Shown here one piece after another: positions 46,570 through 53,089 of a stretch of DNA of 55,715 nucleotides. Numbering within the stretch: position 1 is the stretch's first letter; every line of letters starts with the position of its first letter. The stretch lies in assembly GCA_014800785.1 (NCBI GenBank), contig JAAVFK010000008.1, forward strand, positions 14,074 to 69,788, written 5' to 3'. The translations under genes and the position numbers were made by a program. The DNA is from Bacteroidales bacterium. Lineage in GTDB: Bacteria > Bacteroidota > Bacteroidia > Bacteroidales > Muribaculaceae. The notes below the pieces were generated by a model. The model saw nothing but the letters and a program-made list of their open reading frames with translations. It was not told the origin of the DNA and made no database searches.

Positions 46570-46708
46570 GGGCGCTCCGGCGACGGCTGAAAGGACACGC
46601 CGTGCCTGGCCGGCTCCTCTCGGCGGGGTTCTCCGGAGCGTCTGATTACGGGTGACGGCGTCCCATCGGCGCCCGCCATCGCGTCGTTGAGTCTGAAAAA
46701 CCCGAAAA

Positions 46709-46744
46709 AGCGTTACAAGCGTTACAAGCGTTACAAGCGTTACA
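46709..46744. repeat. four perfect tandem copies of the 9-bp unit AGCGTTACA
   Basis: Copies lie at 46709-17, 46718-26, 46727-35 and 46736-44, about 140-180 nt upstream of the late promoter box. Confidence 0.9.
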
Positions 46745-46811
46745 CAGGGACAAACAGCACTCCGAAGTCGGTGAGAAAAATTTGGATCTTCCGCGAACCG
46801 CCTCCCGGCCA

Positions 46812-46847
46812 TAAAAAAGCCCGGCCGGCCATCATGGCCGACCGGAC
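46812..46847 (-). terminator. intrinsic terminator ending the early/middle operon
   Basis: On the - strand there is a 12-bp G+C-rich stem (two G.U pairs) with loop ATGAT, followed by six T (complement of 46813-46818). Confidence 0.7.
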
Positions 46848-47019
46848 CGGTCTTGTCGGAAATACATGAACGAGATAGATCAAAACCCGACAAGATTTGA
46901 ATTGTTCTGCTGTCAAACAAGAACTAACTCAATGCTATCAGTTGGGCTCCGATTAATCCAGAGCCGTTTTGATTCTGGCAATCTGCAGGGGCGCGGATGC
47001 TTGACGCCACAGGCGTTGT

Positions 47020-47190
47020 TTATTTTTCGTTTCGGTTTCTTGGTGTTGGTTTGGGATGGTACGAGAAGTGGGGACAGCGGGCACGGTCGGCGGTGTGCTT
47101 CGAGGCGGCGAAGACGAGACACTCCCCGTTGCCGTAATCGTCGAGCCCGACGAGATTGCGGCAGAAACCGCAGTAACGGCGCGAGCTCAT
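47020..47190 (-). CDS. small Cys-rich protein (56 aa), zinc-ribbon-like
   Basis: The ATG at 47190 forms an ATGA overlap with the upstream stop. The sequence is MSSRRYCGFCRNLVGLDDYGNGECLVFAASKHTADRARCPHF. Confidence 0.4.
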   Translation of the reverse strand: MSSRRYCGFCRNLVGLDDYGNGECLVFAASKHTADRARCPHFSYHPKPTPRNRNEK

Positions 47191-47615
47191 GGCAGCACAC
47201 ATCTTATGAGCGACCGCACCGCCGAGAGCGTGACCGAGTATTTATAGACAACCTTCCTGTCGGGGCCGGCTGTTCCGGTTTCGAGCTCCACCCAGGGATA
47301 GGGACCCTCGCGGCTTCCGATGAGCCACGACCGGCCGTTCACGTCGGTGACGACGAATCCGAGGCGCGAATAGCCGAGAATACCGATCGGATCGGCGGTC
47401 TCGAAGACGAGATCCGTCCGCTGGAACGTCTCGCGATCATTGACCGATAGGACTGCCTTCACCTCAGGATGACCGGTGAACGCGATCGGCTTGGCCGGGA
47501 CCGCGACGGCCGGCCACGAGCCGCAAATTGATTCCATCACGACATATCTCGGAAGGTCGTCGGCCGACACGATGCCGATGGTGCGGATTCCCGGGAGATT
47601 GGTGTATTCAAGCAT
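47187..47615 (-). CDS. hypothetical phage protein (142 aa)
   Basis: ATG start with no recognised motif. Confidence 0.55.
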   Translation of the reverse strand: MLEYTNLPGIRTIGIVSADDLPRYVVMESICGSWPAVAVPAKPIAFTGHPEVKAVLSVNDRETFQRTDLVFETADPIGILGYSRLGFVVTDVNGRSWLIGSREGPYPWVELETGTAGPDRKVVYKYSVTLSAVRSLIRCVLP

Positions 47616-47629
47616 GTGAAATTTCGTGT

Positions 47630-48133
47630 TTAACGTTTTTTGTAATGTTTCTTGAGCGTCAGGCGGTGACGGCGCACACGCTCAAGCACTCCGGTTCGCC
47701 GTCTGAGACGCCTCCAGCGCTTCGTGACGGCTTCGATCGAGGTATCGGTCATTTCGATCGCGCGAGCCTCACAGAAGGCAGCTATCGCGTCCGAGAGCGT
47801 CTCCCGGGTCATGGCAGTCCCGAGCAGCGACTTTGTCAGGTCGTTGTCGAATTGGATCCGCACAGAGTGGAGAAACAGTTTCCTGGCCGATTCGGGCAGA
47901 AAGCTGTTGGAGCGCGGGTCCTTGGTCTTGAAGTAGGGGAGTGCTATGGTCAGGCATCCCTCAGTCGGTCGGTCGGGGATCCGATCTGATGGCCAGGGGC
48001 GCAGATATTGTTCAAGGATGTTTGACTCGATCGAACCGCGGCGCGGGCGGATCGGGCTCACGCCTCCGTGAGACCATACGAGCCAGTCGCGCAAATAGGC
48101 GGGCATTTCGAGATAAAGCAGTATTTCAGACAT
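47630..48133 (-). CDS. hypothetical phage protein (167 aa) with strongly basic C-terminus
   Basis: ATG start and the C-terminus KRWRRLRRRTGVLERVRRHRLTLKKHYKKR. Confidence 0.55.
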   Translation of the reverse strand: MSEILLYLEMPAYLRDWLVWSHGGVSPIRPRRGSIESNILEQYLRPWPSDRIPDRPTEGCLTIALPYFKTKDPRSNSFLPESARKLFLHSVRIQFDNDLTKSLLGTAMTRETLSDAIAAFCEARAIEMTDTSIEAVTKRWRRLRRRTGVLERVRRHRLTLKKHYKKR

Positions 48134-48149
48134 TCTGGATTGTGTTTGG

Positions 48150-48281
48150 TCAGTTCATGCTCAGGTCGTCAGTCGGGTCGGCCAGTTTGTTCCCGATGGC
48201 GCGGAGCGCCGCGGAGAGCTGGTCGGCCGTCAGGCCGCTGAGCGTGTAACCGATGGATTTCTTGAAATGGATCGAGATCAT
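48150..48281 (-). CDS. possible small protein (43 aa), not in the ORF track
   Basis: ATG..TGA reads MISIHFKKSIGYTLSGLTADQLSAALRAIGNKLADPTDDLSMN. It fills the gap between two genes. Confidence 0.3.
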   Translation of the reverse strand: MISIHFKKSIGYTLSGLTADQLSAALRAIGNKLADPTDDLSMN

Positions 48282-48303
48282 GAGGGTTCGGTATTTGGAG
48301 AGT

Positions 48304-49086
48304 TTATAGTTCGAGCCGGGGCGACGTTCGGTATGAGTCGTTCCGGAAGACCACGACCTGACAGTATTCCTTCAGGCGGTCATAGATGCGCTTTCCGTAT
48401 CGCTCCTCGAGTTGCGGACCCGTGAGGTTTGTCGTGAACAGGGTCATGAGGTTCCGCCCATACCGATAGGAGATCAGATCTACCATCGGACGCACCACAT
48501 TTCCCCAGCATTGGACGTCGGCCGGTTCTTCGCCGATATCATCGATGATTGACCATTCCCCGGAGCGCATCCGCCGGAACCGCGCGGTTTCCTGTTCGCG
48601 TGCGGCTTCGGCGATCTCGGCGGCCGTGAAGAGTCGGAATGAGAGCCGGCGTTCCGCGTCGTCGAACCAGTAGGAGTAGGAGTCGAGCCAGTGGGCGACG
48701 GCCATGGCCATTGTCGTCTTTCCGTTGCCTGTCGTCCCCATCAGCAGGAGCGAGGGCCTGCGGTTAGGTGTCGCCAGCCAGCGGGCGACGGCTTCGAGGT
48801 TTGCGATTGTCGCTTCGTCGAGAACCGGTTTGACTCCGCGGTGCATGACCACGCCGCTATAGGCATTTGCCAACGTCTCGAGGATCTTTTCAAACGGGAG
48901 CCGGATTTCATAGGCTGTCGGAGTAGTCCGCCGGATTTGAAGTGATCTCGAGAAAGCCTCCGCGTCGGGGGTTTCTGGTGCTGTACGTGTTTTCATTCCG
49001 GCGACGAGCTTCCGGCCGAGTTCGAAGGCTTTCTGAGAAGCTTCGGTCGGCTGTCTGCCCGGCTGTTTTCTGTTGTGCTGTTTCAT
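48304..49086 (-). CDS. DnaC/IstB-like AAA+ ATPase (helicase-loader candidate)
   Basis: Walker A LLLMGTTGNGKTT and Walker B WSIIDDIGEEP. The listed start overlaps the upstream gene by 179 nt, so the true start is uncertain (ATG at 48996 or later). Confidence 0.7.
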   Translation of the reverse strand: MKQHNRKQPGRQPTEASQKAFELGRKLVAGMKTRTAPETPDAEAFSRSLQIRRTTPTAYEIRLPFEKILETLANAYSGVVMHRGVKPVLDEATIANLEAVARWLATPNRRPSLLLMGTTGNGKTTMAMAVAHWLDSYSYWFDDAERRLSFRLFTAAEIAEAAREQETARFRRMRSGEWSIIDDIGEEPADVQCWGNVVRPMVDLISYRYGRNLMTLFTTNLTGPQLEERYGKRIYDRLKEYCQVVVFRNDSYRTSPRLEL

Positions 49087-50143
49087 GATCCTGTTCTTTG
49101 GCAGTCTTGGAGTTGGTATTTTCAGATTTCAGGCGGATCCAGGCGATCAGGTGACGGTTGAAATCGTCCTTGTCGGCGTGCCGCTTCTCGCGGGCCTGAC
49201 ATTCGGCCCACCATCGGCCGCCGAGTATTCGCGCTTTGTCTTCGGGGACGTCACAGGCCCGGGCGGTCAGAATCCAGAAATTGTCGTCGAGCTGTACCAC
49301 CCGCCACAGTTCGGCCTCCTGCTTTTCGGTCATCTTCCCGGGTTCGCTCTTCTCCGGCACGCCGGCCGCCCCCCCTTTCTCCTTTACGATCGGTTTCGCG
49401 GCGTCAGCATCTTCTCCAAAACCCCAAAACCCGTTTTTCTCGCGCGTGCGCACGCACGCGGTTGACGACGATGAAATAATATTATTATAATTATATATAT
49501 ACTTACTGTGTACGTCACGCGCGCCCGCCTGCGCACACGAGGTTTGTTGATCCTTTGTTACCCCCGCTCCCGAAGCCCCCGGAGCGGGGGCCGGCGCCGC
49601 GGCTGCCGGCGCTTTCTTCGGGCCGTCGACGCTCCCGGCGATGTCGGCGCCAACTTCCTGACAACAAATACCTTTCGCCGGGCCTTCGGCCGAAAGGGTC
49701 GATATTCCCTCCTTTTCCGCCCCTTTGGCGCCCCCCTGCCGGGGGCCTGTTTTACGGCTGTTCCGACCCTGTTTACTCCCTGTTGGGGTGTTGTTACCCC
49801 CTTGTTGATCTTCTGTTAATCTTTTGTTAGCGTCCGAATTTTCATCGTTGTAACTCACTATCTCGCATAGCGTTATAGTGGTTATATTATTTGTTACCTC
49901 CGTTGTTATATACTTCGATTCTATCAGTTTCCTGATACATGTCCTGATATTCTGTATCGAGAGGCCTGTCTCGCGGCTGATCCGCTCTATCGTGGTCACG
50001 ATAGAGCGGGGTGCGATTACTCGTCCGCGCCACTTCCGCGCTGTCTCGCGGGCACGCAAAACGAGATAGATGTATAGGTTCACCATACCGTGGTACGAGA
50101 ACCATTCCCATTCCAGGAATTCGTCAGATAGCGTTATATTCAT
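48908..50143 (-). CDS. replication-initiator-like protein (N-terminal winged-helix domain, low-complexity linker)
   Basis: The N-terminus is MVNLYIYLVLRARETARKWRGRVIAPRSIVTTIERISRETGLSIQNIRTCIRKLIESKYIT (wHTH-like). It lies upstream of the DnaC-like gene. Confidence 0.5.
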   Translation of the reverse strand: MNITLSDEFLEWEWFSYHGMVNLYIYLVLRARETARKWRGRVIAPRSIVTTIERISRETGLSIQNIRTCIRKLIESKYITTEVTNNITTITLCEIVSYNDENSDANKRLTEDQQGGNNTPTGSKQGRNSRKTGPRQGGAKGAEKEGISTLSAEGPAKGICCQEVGADIAGSVDGPKKAPAAAAPAPAPGASGAGVTKDQQTSCAQAGARDVHSKYIYNYNNIISSSSTACVRTREKNGFWGFGEDADAAKPIVKEKGGAAGVPEKSEPGKMTEKQEAELWRVVQLDDNFWILTARACDVPEDKARILGGRWWAECQAREKRHADKDDFNRHLIAWIRLKSENTNSKTAKEQDHETAQQKTAGQTADRSFSESLRTRPEARRRNENTYSTRNPRRGGFLEITSNPADYSDSL

Positions 50144-50435
50144 AGCGGGTGATCGGATTTAGTACGACATGTTCCTGTGCCTTGGCTGCGAGTTCCTCTT
50201 CGGTCGGGATGCGATCGCCGAGCACCCACTCTTCGAGCTCGCGGCGCGAGAACTGGATTCGATTGCGCGAGTTCCGGTAGTGCGGGATCATTCGCGAGGC
50301 GCACATATGATAGATTCGGGATTCGGAGATATTGAGCAGCGCTGCGGCCTCCTTGCAACCCACGACGTCGATTGTCTGCATTCTGAGGAGATATTCAATT
50401 TTCTTGAGTGTTTCGAGAATTTCCTGATTATCCAT
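50124..50435 (-). CDS. excisionase/AlpA-type helix-turn-helix DNA-binding protein
   Basis: EAAALLNISESRIYHMCASRMIPHYRNSRNRIQFSRRELEEWV follows the HTH_17 pattern. Confidence 0.6.
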   Translation of the reverse strand: MDNQEILETLKKIEYLLRMQTIDVVGCKEAAALLNISESRIYHMCASRMIPHYRNSRNRIQFSRRELEEWVLGDRIPTEEELAAKAQEHVVLNPITRYEYNAI

Positions 50436-50456
50436 TTCCTTGCTTGATTTTCCGAG

Positions 50457-50708
50457 TTAGACTTCTTGCTTTCCGATAATGACGGCGCCGGCTCCGGCGA
50501 CGATGGCGCCGAAGAAAATCGCCGTGTCGCTGTCTGCGAAGACGCCGGCGATGACGGCCAGTGTCCCGCCGATGAGCGACGGCCATCCGGATACGTTCGC
50601 CAGTTTCTTGAGCGCGTCGGCACCCTTGCGGGCCGTGAAGGCGATAGTCAGCATACCGCGGACGGCCTCGATATGCTTCAGGGTTTTGAGAGTTTTCAGA
50701 GTTTCCAT
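50457..50708 (-). CDS. small membrane protein (83 aa)
   Basis: Two Gly/Ala-rich hydrophobic segments (WPSLIGGTLAVIAGVF, AIFFGAIVAGAGAVIIG). Confidence 0.5.
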   Translation of the reverse strand: METLKTLKTLKHIEAVRGMLTIAFTARKGADALKKLANVSGWPSLIGGTLAVIAGVFADSDTAIFFGAIVAGAGAVIIGKQEV

Positions 50709-50745
50709 TTCCTTGCTTTTAGAGTTTCGTTTCCTGTGTTTCCTG

Positions 50746-51264
50746 TTATTCTATGTAATATTCGAGTCTGATCCGGAGCGTGACCGATGCATCAACAAAC
50801 CTGTTAGCCAGACCGGCACATTTCAGCAGTGTGTGCAGCGTGCGTTCTTCGACGGCATCGCGGAGCTGATGAACGACATTGTCGCGCAGCTCTTCTTCGG
50901 TGCTGATCCTCTCGATGGTCTCGAAGGGATAGACGAGCGAACGCTTGGTGCCGGAGACTACGCGGAACAGTCCGTCGGTACCTTTCTTCATCTCATCCGT
51001 GTCGCCGTCGAACATCGCGACTCCGACGAGTATGTTCATATATTCATATGGTCCCTGAGGCTTGACCGCCGTCAGCATTTTCTCAATGATCGGCATACTC
51101 GCGATCCCCTGCGCGGTGAGAATGGCGCGTTTCTGCGGTTCCTCCTTGAGCTTGTCGATCATAGTATGTGAGAACTGCAGCTGCAGATCCGTCGTATAAT
51201 CCCCCTCCATGAGTCCGGTTTCCATGATTCCCCGTTCCCGATTCTCCATGTGCGTTTCTTTCAT
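50746..51264 (-). CDS. hypothetical early phage protein (172 aa)
   Basis: The ATG at 51264 lies 4 nt after the upstream stop. The longer listed start is rejected. Confidence 0.5.
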   Translation of the reverse strand: MKETHMENRERGIMETGLMEGDYTTDLQLQFSHTMIDKLKEEPQKRAILTAQGIASMPIIEKMLTAVKPQGPYEYMNILVGVAMFDGDTDEMKKGTDGLFRVVSGTKRSLVYPFETIERISTEEELRDNVVHQLRDAVEERTLHTLLKCAGLANRFVDASVTLRIRLEYYIE

Positions 51265-51268
51265 CTCT

Positions 51269-51892
51269 TTACTTGCTTGCGGGGTTAGCGACTTCGGATT
51301 CATTCTCTTCGGACGGCCCGTCACAGACGGCCAGCACCAATTTCAAGGTTAGCTTCTCGGCCGTAAACAGTTCGGGATGACATCTGGCCTCTTTGTGGAT
51401 CTTGCGGGCGGCCGTCTTAAAGGTCGCGGTCATCCCGTGAATATTCGACTTTCGCTTCTGCGTATCGGCGATTGTCATTAGTTCCGTCTTATCAAATTCT
51501 ACTTTACGGACTACTCCCATATTGAGAGTTCCGTCGGGAAAGCTGAACGTCACTGTATCTATGGCGCCGTTAGTCAGCTCTGCTCTGATGTTAAGATGGC
51601 AGACATCGCCGGTGAACTTCTCGATTGTCCTGGTGACGTCGTCAATCAGGTTTTCTATTGTCGTCTCAGAGGCGGCTTCGATCGCGGCTTCGATGACATT
51701 CCACGATTCGATCTCAGGCTCGTCGATCACGGCCTCGCGAGAAATCAGGAAGCTTGGGATTGCAGCCACCGAGTGTTTCTGGCCCGGTTGCGGAGCTCTG
51801 ACAATTTTCTTGTTCTTGAGTATGTCCATCTCGATACTCACGTTGTCGTTCTCGTACTTGATGTTTGCTTCGTTTTCCACTTTCTTTTTCAT
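51269..51892 (-). CDS. hypothetical early phage protein (207 aa)
   Basis: ATG start with no recognised motif. Confidence 0.55.
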   Translation of the reverse strand: MKKKVENEANIKYENDNVSIEMDILKNKKIVRAPQPGQKHSVAAIPSFLISREAVIDEPEIESWNVIEAAIEAASETTIENLIDDVTRTIEKFTGDVCHLNIRAELTNGAIDTVTFSFPDGTLNMGVVRKVEFDKTELMTIADTQKRKSNIHGMTATFKTAARKIHKEARCHPELFTAEKLTLKLVLAVCDGPSEENESEVANPASK

Positions 51893-51928
51893 TTGTTCTT
51901 GGTTTTGTGATCTGGTTTGTGATTCATG

Positions 51929-52219
51929 TTATTTCATTCGGGTGATTGCCACGACGCCTTCGCGCTTGTCGGCCTTGGTCGTGAACCGGCGGTCGGTCCA
52001 TTTGTGCATCTTCGAGATTTCGGTGCGGGCGGTTGCCATGCGCACGATCGGCAGCACAATCACCTGGTCGACCTCCATTCCCTCGATGACCGATCTGGTC
52101 GTCATTACGTGGTTGCTGCGCAGCATTTCTGCCCGGGCCTTGATGCTGTCGACTACGTCGGGACATTCGTCAGCGGGGATCGTTGCAACCCCCTGAAATC
52201 GAGTATTCGTATTGCTCAT
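51929..52219 (-). CDS. hypothetical protein (96 aa), first gene of the leftward early operon
   Basis: The ATG at 52219 gives MSNTNTRFQG.... It is divergent from the repressor gene. Confidence 0.5.
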   Translation of the reverse strand: MSNTNTRFQGVATIPADECPDVVDSIKARAEMLRSNHVMTTRSVIEGMEVDQVIVLPIVRMATARTEISKMHKWTDRRFTTKADKREGVVAITRMK

Positions 52220-52247
52220 TTCTATTTTATTTATTAATTTAGTTGTG

Positions 52248-52255
52248 CAAAGGTA
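52248..52255 (-). promoter_or_regulatory. early leftward promoter -7 box TACCTTTG
   Basis: The reverse complement of CAAAGGTA lies about 30 nt upstream of the ATG at 52219. It overlaps the left arm of the inverted repeat. Confidence 0.45.
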
Positions 52256-52291
52256 AAATAAAAATCCCATTTGGCATATACATTTTACCTT
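52250..52291. promoter_or_regulatory. 10-bp perfect inverted repeat (operator candidate) in the immunity region
   Basis: AAGGTAAAAT (52250-52259) pairs with ATTTTACCTT (52282-52291), between the divergent repressor and early genes. Confidence 0.5.
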
Positions 52292-52308
52292 AATAATTGT
52301 GTTAAAAA

Positions 52309-52704
52309 ATGTTACAAAATACCAAACAGCTAAATATCAGGAAAATAAATCAAGTGTTTGAAGAAAGTAAATATTCTAAGCGTGAAGTGGTTGCGCGCTG
52401 TGGTTTTACTCGTCCTACACTTGACGGACTTCTTAGAGGCTCCGATGTGAAAATTTCTACCCTAATTGCGTGGGCGGAATGTTTTAATCGTCCTATAGGA
52501 TTCTTTTTCGATGAAGAAACGAAAATCGACATGCACTCTGAGGGCGACTACTCTCCCGTCGCTAACGAGAGCACCGTGTCGGTGTCCGTCGGCGACGCGC
52601 TGCTTGCCGAACGCGTGAAGATGCTGGAGTCGCTGTTGGCTGAGAAAGACGAGCGAATCAAGGATCTCAAGGACCGAATTGATGATCTCAAGCAGCAGAT
52701 TTAA
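52309..52704 (+). CDS. XRE-family (CI-like) repressor with C-terminal coiled coil
   Basis: HTH segment KREVVARCGFTRPTLDGLLRGSDVKISTLIAWAECFNRPIGFFF. The C-terminus is LLAERVKMLESLLAEKDERIKDLKDRIDDLKQQI. Confidence 0.75.
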   Translation: MLQNTKQLNIRKINQVFEESKYSKREVVARCGFTRPTLDGLLRGSDVKISTLIAWAECFNRPIGFFFDEETKIDMHSEGDYSPVANESTVSVSVGDALLAERVKMLESLLAEKDERIKDLKDRIDDLKQQI

Positions 52705-52782
52705 TACCTGCGTCTGTTACGATTTTGTGACCGAAATTTCCAACCCTCTTCAACTATCTATAAAAACGCAAGTTAGGTAATG

Positions 52783-52801
52783 TCGTAAATTTGTCGCAAG
52801 A
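52783..52801. repeat. attR core (19-bp direct repeat)
   Basis: Identical to 19207-19225. Confidence 0.75.
52786..52793 (+). promoter_or_regulatory. -7 box TAAATTTG of the HU gene, lying inside the att core
   Basis: TAnnTTTG match 21 nt upstream of the ATG at 52814. Confidence 0.5.
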
Positions 52802-52813
52802 ACAAGTTCAGAG

Positions 52814-53089
52814 ATGGATAACAAAACCCTGATAGATAAACTTTCCGTGCGCTCGGCGACTACTCCCGCCGAGGCCGAACGACTGCTTGATGCCTTTGCA
52901 CGGGTCGTTGCCGATGCGGCCTCCGTTTATGATTCGGTTGCGCTTCCCGCATTCGGAACATTTGAGGTTCGCAAGCGTGCCGAACGTGTCGCCGTGCATC
53001 CTGCGACCGGCAAGCGTTTGTTGATTCCCCCGAAACTGGCACTTGTGTTCCGTCCATCCTCAATACTCAAACAAAAGGTCAACGAATGA
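52814..53089 (+). CDS. hup: HU-family DNA-binding protein
   Basis: 91 aa with the motif LPAFGTFEVRKRAERVAVHPATGKRLLIPPKLALVFRPS (HU beta-arm). Confidence 0.85.
   Translation: MDNKTLIDKLSVRSATTPAEAERLLDAFARVVADAASVYDSVALPAFGTFEVRKRAERVAVHPATGKRLLIPPKLALVFRPSSILKQKVNE

Larger units (their letters stand above)
19207..52801. mobile_element. integrated temperate tailed prophage (~33.6 kb)
   Basis: Bounded by the identical 19-bp direct repeats TCGTAAATTTGTCGCAAGA (19207-19225 and 52783-52801). A tyrosine integrase sits next to the left repeat and a CI-like repressor next to the right repeat. Replication, head, packaging, fibre, lysis and tape-measure genes lie between them. Confidence 0.85.

Noticed and set aside
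46555-47450. ORFs 46555..46920 (-), 46687..46869 (+), 46866..47450 (+) and 46913..47200 (-) in the early-late boundary.
   Set aside because: They cross the terminator hairpin and the 9-bp tandem repeats (translated as VTLVTLVTL / KRYKRYKRY). They lack plausible starts, so the region is better explained as regulatory.
48908-49086. Programmed frameshift joining the initiator-like and DnaC-like ORFs.
   Set aside because: No slippery heptamer or downstream structure is evident by eye in the overlap. A mis-called start or stop is the simpler explanation. The overlap is kept only as a note under the replication-module finding.
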